From: an uncultured Roseburia sp.
GTDB lineage: Bacteria; Bacillota; Clostridia; Lachnospirales; Lachnospiraceae
DNA: 56,400 nucleotides
Assembly (NCBI GenBank): GCA_964422225.1
Contig: CAYRAW010000001.1
Coordinates: 1 to 56,400, forward strand
Direction: 5' to 3'
The notes beneath the pieces were generated by a model, which was not told the origin of the DNA, made no database searches, and saw only the letters and a list, made by a program, of their open reading frames with translations. Below, piece after piece: positions 39,669 to 50,264 of this stretch. How positions within the stretch are numbered: position 1 is the stretch's first letter; every line of letters starts with the position of its first letter. The position numbers and the translations under genes are program-made.

Positions 39669-42384
39669 CCTTAATTCGTTCAAAATCTGCAAGCAGGGCA
39701 GCCCCGGTTTCATACTCCAGATCATTATATGCCTCCTGCACTTTGTCCAGCAGTCCCTTCTGCTCCGGTGAAAGTTCCATCGACTGAAGGATTCTGAGTG
39801 CATTTTCTATCTGAGTCAGGTCATAGGTTTCCATGCCTTTTTTTAACTGTGTAAATACGTCCTCCACGCTGCACTGTTCCTGCATTGGGGTTACGATCCC
39901 CGTCTGAATCGTCATTTTGGCCAGTTCATTGTTCACTTCCTGTATCGCATAGTTCAGTTCCTCCAAGAAAGCGTCCATATGACTGTCTATGTAACTGTAA
40001 TTTTGGGTTTGGGCAGCCATCTCCATAACTTCTGCCAATTCGCTCAGAGCAGTTTCACCGATCTGAATGCCTGCGCCTTTGATTCCATGCACTTTTGTTC
40101 GGAACAGGGCATAATCTTCGTCTGCATAATGACTGATCATTTCCATCAGTTTCTGTGCTTCCTGAACAAAAGCCTCCAATGTGCGGCGGTACCCTCTGCG
40201 ATTTTCTTCATAACCTATGCCTTCCAATACCTGTGCAGTATCCATTTCTTCAGAAGGTCTTTTGAAGCTGTCAGGAATCAGGCTCTCAACAATGTTCTGT
40301 AACAATATTGTATCCACAGGTTTTGTCAGCAATCTGCAAAAACCATATTGTTGATAATTACCATTGATCTCTTCATCCGGATTGGCAGTTGCCAGGATCA
40401 AAGGAGTACTGCATATTTTCTGTATCTGTGCTGCTGCTTCCATTCCGGTCATATCCGGCATCATCCGATCCAGAAACACCAATTGATATTGACCGGTGCT
40501 GACTGCATCTATAGCAGCCCTTCCATTTGCTGCCAGATCCACGCTGCATTTCCAGGGACGCAGCAATTCCCTGAAAATCTCCTGATTCACTTTCATATCA
40601 TCAACTACAAGGGCTCTCGCATCCGGATATATCCAGTTGGGTTTTATTCCGTCTGTTCCCTGCACCTGCCTGTGCAATAACAGATCTTCGTTAAAAGTAA
40701 CCGGAGGTTTCATGGATGCCTGCGGTGCAATATCCTGTAAGATATAAAACCAAAATACAGAGCCTTTCCCCAGTACACTTTCTGCGCCTGCATCTCCTCC
40801 CTGCTTCTGTGCCAGCTGTTTTACAATATAAAGCCCCAGCCCTGTGCCCTCTGTGACCGTATCATTCTTTCCGGAAGCGTATTCGTCAAAAACATGCATA
40901 AGCTGCTCATCATTCATTCCGTGACCGGTATCTGTTACCCTGCAGTCAATTCTGCATTTACCTTCCTGTTCTTTACAGGTAAGTTCACACCTTATCTCGC
41001 CTTTCTCTGTATATTTCACGGCATTTGCCAACAGATTCTGCAGCATTTCTCTTACACAGATCCTATCACCTGACAACTGCGACGGATGCTCACTCTTTAG
41101 GGTAATCTGGAAATTTATGGGGCGGTTATTAAGATTTACCACGCACATACCGGCAAGCTCCTCCAATATCCTCTCCAGATCATAGTATCCGTTGGAAATC
41201 TCCAGCTTACCTGATTCTAATTTGGAAAAAAAGAGAATGGAATCCACCAACTCCAGCAGCGTATTCCCGGCACTTTTGACATAGCGCATCAGCGACCGGC
41301 TGCGGCCTTTCAGTTCTTTTTGAGACAGCATAATATCACTCACACCTATAATGGCATGCAGTGGACTTCTCAGATCGTGGCTCATGCATGCAAGAAAACG
41401 ACTCTTAGATGCTGTCTGCTCCTCTGCCAGTTCTTTCAGCTTCTCCATCAACTGCGTTTCCTTCTTCTGTTTCGTGATATTTACTATAGATAAGATGTAT
41501 CCTTTATGTCTGTTCTGATTCATGACAGGCTGCAGCACACACTGATAGTATTCCTCTTTTGTAACAAATTCCAACGTTTCATCCGGTTGGCCCAGTAAAT
41601 TCTGTAATTGTTTGCTGCATAAGACTCTGTTATTTTCCTCAGCATTATTCTCCAACTGTTCCGGAAATAATTTTCTGGCTGCATGATTAGCATCCAGATA
41701 GTAATAATCTTCGTCAAAAAGCACAATGGCAATATCCGAGGTATCATATAACTTATCTTTCATCAGTGTCATGGAATCCCACAACTGTCCTGTCTTCATC
41801 AAATAATACACAATCCCGTCAGTCAAAATCAGGGAAACCGGAACGATGATCTCCCCCCACTCCCGACGTACTCTGCTCTGCCAGACCAGGCAGGCACAGG
41901 GAATGATCAATGCAAGATACATCATCAGATTAACATAATGTTCCCTGCGGCTGTAATTTCCAAAGAAATACGCTCTGGTCGCCAGATACAGGATGATGGA
42001 AATATAACAGATTACTACTCCCCAAAAAACATTGCGGTATATCTGTCCCTTTTCGCTATAGCCCAGAAACATTGCAACATCTGCCAATATCAGCTCCACA
42101 GATAAAAAAATCATAACCTTGCGTGAGAATCTGATGCGTACCACATCCATGATATAGTAAATCAAAGAATACAGCATCTGTATCAAAAGGATTTTCTCCA
42201 GAAATGTAAATACCTCTGTCTCTCTGGTCATATATTCCACTATTTGAAAAAAATCCGTAAAACAGATCATTCCAAGAATCAGTGGTAATGATTTGTGCGT
42301 CTTTAAATAAGTCGTACTCGTAACATTTGTTTGTAATACGAATAGTGAAATTATCAAGGCGGCAACCAATATAAGCAGCATCAC
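39664..42384 (-). CDS. hybrid sensor histidine kinase (multi-TM, PAS-like, HisKA, HATPase, REC, Hpt)
   Basis: SHDLRSPL, NLLANAVKYT, DTGHG, GTGLGL, REC VVDD...FLDRMMP...TKP and Hpt VHGIKG. Confidence 0.92.
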   Translation of the reverse strand: MMLLILVAALIISLFVLQTNVTSTTYLKTHKSLPLILGMICFTDFFQIVEYMTRETEVFTFLEKILLIQMLYSLIYYIMDVVRIRFSRKVMIFLSVELILADVAMFLGYSEKGQIYRNVFWGVVICYISIILYLATRAYFFGNYSRREHYVNLMMYLALIIPCACLVWQSRVRREWGEIIVPVSLILTDGIVYYLMKTGQLWDSMTLMKDKLYDTSDIAIVLFDEDYYYLDANHAARKLFPEQLENNAEENNRVLCSKQLQNLLGQPDETLEFVTKEEYYQCVLQPVMNQNRHKGYILSIVNITKQKKETQLMEKLKELAEEQTASKSRFLACMSHDLRSPLHAIIGVSDIMLSQKELKGRSRSLMRYVKSAGNTLLELVDSILFFSKLESGKLEISNGYYDLERILEELAGMCVVNLNNRPINFQITLKSEHPSQLSGDRICVREMLQNLLANAVKYTEKGEIRCELTCKEQEGKCRIDCRVTDTGHGMNDEQLMHVFDEYASGKNDTVTEGTGLGLYIVKQLAQKQGGDAGAESVLGKGSVFWFYILQDIAPQASMKPPVTFNEDLLLHRQVQGTDGIKPNWIYPDARALVVDDMKVNQEIFRELLRPWKCSVDLAANGRAAIDAVSTGQYQLVFLDRMMPDMTGMEAAAQIQKICSTPLILATANPDEEINGNYQQYGFCRLLTKPVDTILLQNIVESLIPDSFKRPSEEMDTAQVLEGIGYEENRRGYRRTLEAFVQEAQKLMEMISHYADEDYALFRTKVHGIKGAGIQIGETALSELAEVMEMAAQTQNYSYIDSHMDAFLEELNYAIQEVNNELAKMTIQTGIVTPMQEQCSVEDVFTQLKKGMETYDLTQIENALRILQSMELSPEQKGLLDKVQEAYNDLEYETGAALLADFERIKD

Positions 42385-43829
42385 TCACTATCACTCCATT
42401 CCGTGATGATTCTCCTGATCTCTGATTTTACAAAATAGGCATTGTACGGTCTTAAAATATATCCTGCCGCATGGATTCTTCTGCACATCATGACGATGTC
42501 TTTGTTACTGACCGCCGTAACAAAAAGAATCGGGATTCTGCCCTTTGTCATCTCATTGATTTTTTGTGCCGTCTCCACCCCATCCATCTCAGGCATATCA
42601 ATGTCCATCAGGATCAGATCAGGATACTTATTTTTCTTCAAATACAGGAGAGCCTGTCTCCCTGACTTCAGCAAAACGACATCATACAGATGCTCCAATA
42701 TTCCTCTCAATGCTTCCAGATTTGTCTTCATATCATCCACAATGACCAGCTTGTATCGTTTGATTGGCTGTATCATTTTCTTTCTGGCTTCTTCAGATTC
42801 ACGATTCCGTCTGAACTCTTCACCAACTGCCTTGATCACAGTAATGTTGTAATTTTCTCTCTCTGACAGATCCAGAATTGTTCCATCCATAAGTTTGATC
42901 ACAGGGCGCAGATTATGTTGCCCTGAATTGACCATGATAATACCACTTCTGCCATCTGACAGAGTGATTTCTGTTCCCTTGGGATACAATGGCACATATT
43001 GAAGTAATGCAATGACTACCTGCCTGTCAAACATAATGCCACTGCCACCCATGAGATATTCTGATGCTTCATAGGGGGAATCCGGCTCCTTATAAGGTCG
43101 TTTTGATACCAGCGCATCATAAACATCTGCAACATGCAGTATTTTGGTATACAGTGTCTGCTCTTTCCCTTCCAGACCTTCCGGATATCCACTGCCATCC
43201 ACATTCTCATGATGATACAATACTGCTATTTTAATCTGTGCAGACAGATCCCAGCGTTCCTTGATCATCTCATATGACAGTAAAGGATGAGATTTCATGA
43301 TCTGGTATTCCTCCTGCGTCAGTCTGCCCGGTTTATTCAAAATCTCCTGCGGAACGGACTGTTTGCCCAAATCATGCAGCAAAGCAGCCATGACCAGATT
43401 ATTCAGATCTTCTTCATTCATTTTCATTCCCAGTCCAATCACACAGGATATGACTGCCACGTTAACTGAATGTGCATAGGTATAGTCATCAAAAGAGCGC
43501 AGATCCGTCAAATCGAGAGTCAATTCTCCCTTGGAAAGTATTTCCTCTACGATCTTACCGGCTACTTCCTTGCATTTGTCGATATTACTTTCCCTGACAC
43601 ACATTAATCCTTCGGTTCTAAGCGCCGGTGAAATGATTGGTTCTACATGAATGTCTTTGGATAATTCATCCGTGACATATACTCCATCAAAACCGTACTC
43701 ATGAAGTTTATCTATATAATTTTGGGTAAGCAGCGTATTCTGACTGACCAGAGTTCTGCCCACGGAATCATACAGACCATATGCAAGCTGCATACCAGGT
43801 TGAGTATTTTCTATCTTAATGTAGCGCAT
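42381..43829 (-). CDS. HD-GYP phosphodiesterase with C-terminal receiver domain
   Basis: HSVNV, LLHDLGK, HHENVDGSGYP and VADVYDAL; REC IVDD...ILMDIDMPEMDG. Confidence 0.9.
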   Translation of the reverse strand: MRYIKIENTQPGMQLAYGLYDSVGRTLVSQNTLLTQNYIDKLHEYGFDGVYVTDELSKDIHVEPIISPALRTEGLMCVRESNIDKCKEVAGKIVEEILSKGELTLDLTDLRSFDDYTYAHSVNVAVISCVIGLGMKMNEEDLNNLVMAALLHDLGKQSVPQEILNKPGRLTQEEYQIMKSHPLLSYEMIKERWDLSAQIKIAVLYHHENVDGSGYPEGLEGKEQTLYTKILHVADVYDALVSKRPYKEPDSPYEASEYLMGGSGIMFDRQVVIALLQYVPLYPKGTEITLSDGRSGIIMVNSGQHNLRPVIKLMDGTILDLSERENYNITVIKAVGEEFRRNRESEEARKKMIQPIKRYKLVIVDDMKTNLEALRGILEHLYDVVLLKSGRQALLYLKKNKYPDLILMDIDMPEMDGVETAQKINEMTKGRIPILFVTAVSNKDIVMMCRRIHAAGYILRPYNAYFVKSEIRRIITEWSDSE

Positions 43830-44011
43830 CTTTTTATCCTTTCTGTTCCTTTTGCACAATAACTACATTTATTTTATCTTATTTTTTCATACAATTCAAT
43901 CATCTTTGGCGATTTATGTTGAATTTTTATACAATTTTTCAATAGAAATATCATAGACCTTTAACGCCTTCTCTTTTATACTGAAAGCATAGGGATTGCG
44001 TTAAGGAGGTA

Positions 44012-46465
44012 ATGCAAAAAATGAATACAGAAAATATAATTTTGTATAATAACTGCCGTTTTCATCTGGGAGATACACCCGATGCATGGCAGGCATGGTA
44101 TGATGACTCAGACTGGCAGGAAGTAACATTGCCTCATGACTGGTCTGTCACTCTGCCCTTTGACAAGTCCTGTTCGAGCGGAACAGGGTATCTGCCGGGC
44201 GGAATCGGCTGGTATCGGATTCATATTAAGCCGCAGGAAGAATGGCGCGGCAAACAGATCAGCATATGCTTTGATGGTGTGTACAAAAACAGCCGCGTAT
44301 GGTGCAACAGTTATTATCTGGGCGAACGTCCCAATGGTTATATCAGCTTTTGCTATGATATTACAGACCAGTTTCGCTTTGATGCAGATAATATCATTTC
44401 TGTCTATGTTGACCACCGTGAAATCGCAGACTCCAGATGGTATACAGGAAGCGGCATTACCAGAAAGGTATCTCTGCGTATAGAAGAAAACGTTCATCCT
44501 GTCGTAAATGGCATTTTCTTTGCAACACCACATGTAAAGAACAAATCAGCAGACTGTGAAGTCACAACCGAGCTGATCAACTGCATGGATGAACCCTGCG
44601 AGGTTATTGTGACCAACCTGCTCTTTGCGCCGGATGATACGCTGATCTATGAACAGAATAACCATGTAGCACTGGCTGCACATGACACAGGTGTCACCCG
44701 GACAAAGGGAACGATCAGCTGTCCTGCCTGTTGGTCGCCGGAGAGTCCTTCTTTATATACCCTGAAAACTTATCTTTCTTATCAGACATCAAACGGAACA
44801 GTAAATACTCTTGCGGATACACAGAAGACAGGAATCCGTTCTCTGCGCTTTGATGCAGATAAAGGCTTCTTTCTCAATGATACCCCTTATCTGTTGAAGG
44901 GTGTCTGCCTGCATGAAGATGCAGGCTGCTTCGGCAATGCAGTTCCTGCTTCAGTATGGCACCGAAGATTAGCCAAATTAAAGTCAATGGGATGTAATGC
45001 CATCCGTATGAGTCATAACCCACATATGCCGGAACTATACGCCTTATGTGATGCTCTGGGATTCTTCGTCATTGATGAAGCCTTTGACGAATGGGAAGGG
45101 CCCAAAAACAAATGGAGCACAGGACATAATGTATACCCTCCCAAACATCAGGGTTATTATGTCAACTTCCCGCAATGGCATGAAAAAGATCTGGTAGATA
45201 TGATACGACGCGATCGGAACCACCCAAGCATCATTATGTGGAGTATCGGCAACGAGATCGATTATCCCAATGACCCTTATTGTCACCCGAGTTTCCAGTC
45301 TATGACAGGCAACAATGATGCAGACAAACCGGCTGCCGAAAGAATGTATAATCCTTCCCGTCCAAATGCCGATCGCCTGGCAGTCCTTGCAAAAGAACTG
45401 TGTGATATTGTTCATAAGACCGATACCACGCACCCTGCAACACTGGCTGCTGCCTTTCCTGAATTATCAGCCAGACTGGGATTCCTTGATCCTTTGGACG
45501 TTGTTGGATTTAATTATAAGGAGCATTTATACCAGGAACACCATGAGGCCTTCCCTGATAAGCCTTTTCTTGGCAGTGAGAACGGACACAGTCTCTCAGC
45601 ATGGAAAGCCGTTACTGACAATGCTTATATCTCCGGTCAGTTTCTGTGGACAGGCATTGATTATCTGGGTGAAGCACACGGCTGGCCGATCCACGGCTCC
45701 GGAGCCGGACTTATGACTCTTGCAGGATTTGAAAAGGCTGGTTACTACAGACGGCAGAGCATGTGGTCTGCCATTCCCATGATCCATCTGGCTACTGTAT
45801 CCAGAGAACAGAGCTGCACTACAGCCTGGGGCGAGACCTTCCGGCGTGCAATAGATTGTGAATTTGCCCCTGTCCATGAATGTTGGGATTATCTGCATGG
45901 TGAAGAAGTTGTAGTAAAATGCTATACGAACCTGCCGGAAGTCGAGCTTTTCCTGAATGGACAGAGCAAAGGAATCTATCAAAAAGACAACGATGCTGAC
46001 TGCATTCTGATAACTCTTCCTTTTGCTCCAGGTGAATTAAAAACGACTGGAACAGGCGTCCATCAAAATATCAGTCATGCACTCTATTCCACAGGAGCAG
46101 GCTGCCAGATCCAAACAGATATTTATAGAATTGATGAGAATACACCAAAAGAAAATATGACATACGTATCAAAACTTACCAGCACGCTTCCTCTGTATCA
46201 GATTGCAGTTTCTCTATCAGATTTTAACGGTAATCCCTCTTATCAGGCAAGCACCATGCTGCAGATAGAGGTTACAAGCGGCAGGTTAATAGGTTTGGAA
46301 AATGGTGATCTGTCAGACGTTACAGAATATTCTTCTAATAGCCGCCGCGCATACCATGGACAGCTAATGGTCTACGTTCTGGCTGATTCCGCACAGGAAA
46401 CTACCATAACCATTCGTGGCGAAATGTTAAAGACAAAGACTGTGACATTACCCTCTGTTTTCTAA
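44012..46465 (+). CDS. glycoside hydrolase family 2 (beta-galactosidase-like)
   Basis: LPHDWS, SRWYTGSGI.R, KGVCLH.D, GCNAIRMSHNP, RDRNHPSIIMWSIGNE and SEN. Confidence 0.92.
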   Translation: MQKMNTENIILYNNCRFHLGDTPDAWQAWYDDSDWQEVTLPHDWSVTLPFDKSCSSGTGYLPGGIGWYRIHIKPQEEWRGKQISICFDGVYKNSRVWCNSYYLGERPNGYISFCYDITDQFRFDADNIISVYVDHREIADSRWYTGSGITRKVSLRIEENVHPVVNGIFFATPHVKNKSADCEVTTELINCMDEPCEVIVTNLLFAPDDTLIYEQNNHVALAAHDTGVTRTKGTISCPACWSPESPSLYTLKTYLSYQTSNGTVNTLADTQKTGIRSLRFDADKGFFLNDTPYLLKGVCLHEDAGCFGNAVPASVWHRRLAKLKSMGCNAIRMSHNPHMPELYALCDALGFFVIDEAFDEWEGPKNKWSTGHNVYPPKHQGYYVNFPQWHEKDLVDMIRRDRNHPSIIMWSIGNEIDYPNDPYCHPSFQSMTGNNDADKPAAERMYNPSRPNADRLAVLAKELCDIVHKTDTTHPATLAAAFPELSARLGFLDPLDVVGFNYKEHLYQEHHEAFPDKPFLGSENGHSLSAWKAVTDNAYISGQFLWTGIDYLGEAHGWPIHGSGAGLMTLAGFEKAGYYRRQSMWSAIPMIHLATVSREQSCTTAWGETFRRAIDCEFAPVHECWDYLHGEEVVVKCYTNLPEVELFLNGQSKGIYQKDNDADCILITLPFAPGELKTTGTGVHQNISHALYSTGAGCQIQTDIYRIDENTPKENMTYVSKLTSTLPLYQIAVSLSDFNGNPSYQASTMLQIEVTSGRLIGLENGDLSDVTEYSSNSRRAYHGQLMVYVLADSAQETTITIRGEMLKTKTVTLPSVF

Positions 46466-46491
46466 AAATACATCATCAGACACATATACAA

Positions 46492-46531
46492 AACAGCTCA
46501 TTGCTATGTATTTTCATAACAATGAGCTGTT
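46492..46531. terminator. bidirectional terminator between GH2 and GH35
   Basis: AACAGCTCATTG...CAATGAGCTGTT. Confidence 0.75.
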
Positions 46532-46536
46532 TATTA

Positions 46537-48351
46537 TTAACCAATATCAGGTTCGTCTTTTAATGCAATTTTTCCTGTTGCCTTACCTTCTGTTTCAAAA
46601 ACTATGATTTCATTTTTTCCTTCTTTTAACAGTGGAGCAGGTATATAAAGTCTCTTCTGTGGTCCAATCTCCCAGAATCGTCCCAGATTAAATCCATTTA
46701 AGAATACACAGCCTTTTCCCCATCCATCCAGTTCAAGGAAAGTATCTGCTTTCTCATCCACTTCCAGTTCAAATCGATAGAATGCAGGAAGTCCTTCTGT
46801 ATAACCTTTTGTGAAATCTATCTTATCCACGTTATCCAGAGGAAGCGGATACATTGTCCAGTTATAGTGCATATGTCCGTTGATCTGCACACAGTCTTTA
46901 ATTCCTTTGTGCTGATGTTCCATCATAGGTCCGAAATTCACACGTCCCATATTTTCCACCAGAATATCCAGCGGCGCACCTGCCTTGAAAGTCACAGGCT
47001 CCTGCTTAAATTCAGGTGTATCTGACTTCATGGCATTCATATCCTCTGCCATAACGACCTGATCCAGCTGCACACTGTACTCTCCAAGAAGCTGTCTGTC
47101 GTACAGAGTTGTCAGTGGTTTATGATCTACATAGAGTTTAGCTCTGTCGTTTGCCCCCCAGAGACGAATCCGTTCTATGTTCTTTTCCTTTGCAAGTGGC
47201 GAATGATAGAGAATATATCCATAATTCTGTCCACATTTCTCCATACATATCGGGAAAGTATCCACAATTGGGGTAGAAATATCCCCCAAAGTTTCAAACA
47301 GTCCTACCCGTGCAGCTGCCGTAAACTCACCGTATGCCTTTTTATGGATAGGTGTGCTCAGAGTCACTTCCGGAATCGATGCATACTTGGAGATTACCTT
47401 CTGGAAAGCCTCATATTTGGGGGTAATATCTCCTGCCTCTGTCAAAAGGGCATCATAATCATAGGAAGTTACATCCGGCGTGATCTGATCATAGTAATTA
47501 GACCCGTTCATAAATCCGAAGTTCGTTCCGCCCTCGAACATATAGATATTCACATGTCCCATATCCAGCATATCGTCCAGATCTGCAGGACTGTCAGGAT
47601 TGCCCTTCATATGGCCGCCATTGCCCCAATGGTCAAACCAGCCTACCCAGAACTCAGCACACATAAGCGGACCGCCATCATTGTAGCGTGAAAGGACTTC
47701 AAAACGTTCCTTTGTTCTGGAGCCAAAATTCCCCATAACCTGTACGCCATCTACCTTACCACAGCTTAGGGATTCATCAAAAGGTCCATCAGAACTGATA
47801 AGAGGTACTTCGACACCGGATTCTACCATAATATCACGCATGATCTCCATGTACCTGGTATCATCACCATAGTAACCATATTCATTTTCCACCTGCATCA
47901 TAATAACAGGACCACCCTGTGTGATCTGCAGTGGTAAGAGTTTTGGCATCAATACTGCATAGTATTCTCTGATATGTTTTAAAAATGGTTCATATACCGC
48001 ACGAAGCCGCATGCCATCTTCTTTTAGCAGCCATGCCGGAAGCCCGCCAAACTCCCATTCAGCGCAGATATAAGGAGAAGGACGCAGTATCACATATAGT
48101 CCCAATTCCTGTGCCAAATGTACGAACCGCTCAATGTCCAGAATACCTTCAAAATGATATTCACCTTTGTTTGGTTCGTGCATGTTCCATGGAATATAAG
48201 TCTCTACCGTGTTGCATCCCATGGCCTTTAATTTTTCTAATCGATCACGCCAGTATTCCGGCACAACGCGGAAATAATGAATGCTTCCGGATATTACCTG
48301 AAAAGGTTCACCATTCAGATAAAAATTATCTTTGATTTCGAATTGTCCCAT
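46537..48351 (-). CDS. glycoside hydrolase family 35 beta-galactosidase
   Basis: SGSIHYFR, RPSPYICAEWEFGGLP.WL, QVENEYG, AEFWVGWFDHWG and TSYDYDA. Confidence 0.94.
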   Translation of the reverse strand: MGQFEIKDNFYLNGEPFQVISGSIHYFRVVPEYWRDRLEKLKAMGCNTVETYIPWNMHEPNKGEYHFEGILDIERFVHLAQELGLYVILRPSPYICAEWEFGGLPAWLLKEDGMRLRAVYEPFLKHIREYYAVLMPKLLPLQITQGGPVIMMQVENEYGYYGDDTRYMEIMRDIMVESGVEVPLISSDGPFDESLSCGKVDGVQVMGNFGSRTKERFEVLSRYNDGGPLMCAEFWVGWFDHWGNGGHMKGNPDSPADLDDMLDMGHVNIYMFEGGTNFGFMNGSNYYDQITPDVTSYDYDALLTEAGDITPKYEAFQKVISKYASIPEVTLSTPIHKKAYGEFTAAARVGLFETLGDISTPIVDTFPICMEKCGQNYGYILYHSPLAKEKNIERIRLWGANDRAKLYVDHKPLTTLYDRQLLGEYSVQLDQVVMAEDMNAMKSDTPEFKQEPVTFKAGAPLDILVENMGRVNFGPMMEHQHKGIKDCVQINGHMHYNWTMYPLPLDNVDKIDFTKGYTEGLPAFYRFELEVDEKADTFLELDGWGKGCVFLNGFNLGRFWEIGPQKRLYIPAPLLKEGKNEIIVFETEGKATGKIALKDEPDIG

Positions 48352-48396
48352 AGATATACCATGCCTTTCTGTATCGTTCAATAACTTTTCAAATCA

Positions 48397-48441
48397 AAAG
48401 GGTGTACCTCACTTCTAAGCGAAGCTTTGTGTACACCCTTT
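48397..48441 (-). terminator. stem-loop after solute-binding-protein gene (partial terminator or stabiliser)
   Basis: AAAGGGTGTAC...GTACACCCTTT. Confidence 0.6.
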
Positions 48442-48485
48442 GTATGAAATCTTATACCAGAATTATTTCAAGTATGTTTTACAAC

Positions 48486-50138
48486 TTATTTGTATAATGC
48501 ATCAATCTGTGTCTGAAGAGCAGCTGTTACATCATTGATGCCAGCCTTTTCAAGTGCTGCCTGATACTCTGCAACGATATCTTCTGCAGTACCGCTGTAA
48601 AGACCAAAGGAGATCTGCTTCATGTACTCTTCCTGTACACTTGATACGTTATCGATCTTACCCTGAATATCATCTACATCAGGAATGAACTGACCATATG
48701 GATAGTCGATCTTAATTGAATCATATTCTGCATAAAGTGCATCAATTGCATCCCAGTTTCTTGTAGCATCCTTAAGTTCAAGGTCGTCATTACGTCCCCA
48801 CCAGAAGTTTGTCTGGATTTCCTGAGTTGTTGAATCATAAGTATCAGGTGTATACTTCATGCCATTCTCGTCGATTTCATACTGAACACCTTCAATACCA
48901 TAGTTGAAGAGACGATAGCACTCTGGATCATTTCTCAATAAGTCATATACCATCAATGCTCTCTCAGGATTCTTGGAACCGGCAGATACAGCCATTGCAC
49001 CATGAGTAATGGAAAGTGCTACTACGTTACCTGTTTCTTCACCAAAGTAGAAGAAGCCTGTCTCTGCATCTTCATCTGTATCATAAATTGTATTGGATGA
49101 TGTGTGTGAGCACAGATCTGTCCAGGTCTGTGTATGATGCTGTTCTACTGCAACCTGACCAACTCTGTATTCATCTCTGTTCTGAGAAGATGTATTGTTC
49201 AGAACGTTAGTAGGGAATACTCCCAGTTCATTCCACTCTTTCATTAACTTCGCATATTCTACAAGAGAATCTGTATCTGTCATGTAAGGTGAATATACTG
49301 TGTAAAGATCATCCTTGCTGCCGCCCCACATAGCGCCGGAATTCAGACCATCAATTGATACATAATTGCTGTGAGAGGTGATCCAGCCACCAACCATCTG
49401 GTTATACTGTGTACCGTCTGAATCCCACAGATATTTCAGATCACTGCCATAAGCATCTTTTACATACTTGAAGTATGTTGTCAGATCTTCCCAGCTCTTT
49501 ACACCATCTGCAAGTCCTGCTTCCTTAGCCCAGTCAAGACGATATGCAAAACCGTGGTTAGTCCACTGTGCATAGTTGTCTTCAGGTATCAGATAGATTT
49601 CTCCATCGTACTTACACAGATCCCAGTGTTCAGGAGAAACACTTTCCCAAGTCTGAGGAGCGTATGTCTTTAACATATCCTCTGATAATTCAAGGAATGC
49701 ACCATTCTTGGCATTTGGCCACGCATCAAGCCAGTCAGAAGCTGTACCAACCAAGTCTACAGAACCATCCATCTGTGCCAGTGTCAGATTATATACAGAT
49801 AAGTAATTTGTCCAGTCAATGTGATAAATTTTTAATTCTGCATTCACTTTCTCTGTTAAGATCTCATTTAATTTGGCAAGCATATCTGCATTGCCATTAC
49901 CCTCATCAGAACCACCTGTTGTCATATATGTGATGACTACATGCTCTGAAGTATCAATGTCGGCTGTTTCTGTTGAAGCAGCTTCTGTTGATGATGTTTC
50001 AGCAGTTGTTGCAGATGTCTCAGACTTTGTATCTGTTGTTGCGCTAGTATCTGATGAACCATCATTTGAGCTGCCGCAGCCTACCAGTCCTGCAACCATT
50101 GTTGTTGCCAGAAGTAAGGATACTAATTTCTTTTTCAT
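48486..50138 (-). CDS. carbohydrate ABC transporter solute-binding lipoprotein
   Basis: Lipobox LVG-C, S/T linker, KNPERAL, YGIEG and a DUF3502-like C-terminus. Confidence 0.9.
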   Translation of the reverse strand: MKKKLVSLLLATTMVAGLVGCGSSNDGSSDTSATTDTKSETSATTAETSSTEAASTETADIDTSEHVVITYMTTGGSDEGNGNADMLAKLNEILTEKVNAELKIYHIDWTNYLSVYNLTLAQMDGSVDLVGTASDWLDAWPNAKNGAFLELSEDMLKTYAPQTWESVSPEHWDLCKYDGEIYLIPEDNYAQWTNHGFAYRLDWAKEAGLADGVKSWEDLTTYFKYVKDAYGSDLKYLWDSDGTQYNQMVGGWITSHSNYVSIDGLNSGAMWGGSKDDLYTVYSPYMTDTDSLVEYAKLMKEWNELGVFPTNVLNNTSSQNRDEYRVGQVAVEQHHTQTWTDLCSHTSSNTIYDTDEDAETGFFYFGEETGNVVALSITHGAMAVSAGSKNPERALMVYDLLRNDPECYRLFNYGIEGVQYEIDENGMKYTPDTYDSTTQEIQTNFWWGRNDDLELKDATRNWDAIDALYAEYDSIKIDYPYGQFIPDVDDIQGKIDNVSSVQEEYMKQISFGLYSGTAEDIVAEYQAALEKAGINDVTAALQTQIDALYK

Positions 50139-50264
50139 AGATTGTCCTCCTAAATATAAATATAATAAGTTTATTGCTCTTGTGCCATGTAACTTAACCC
50201 CATGCCCATGGCAGCTATATGTAATCCTCTTTACGAGGTCTACATTCCTGTTATTGATGCTCCA

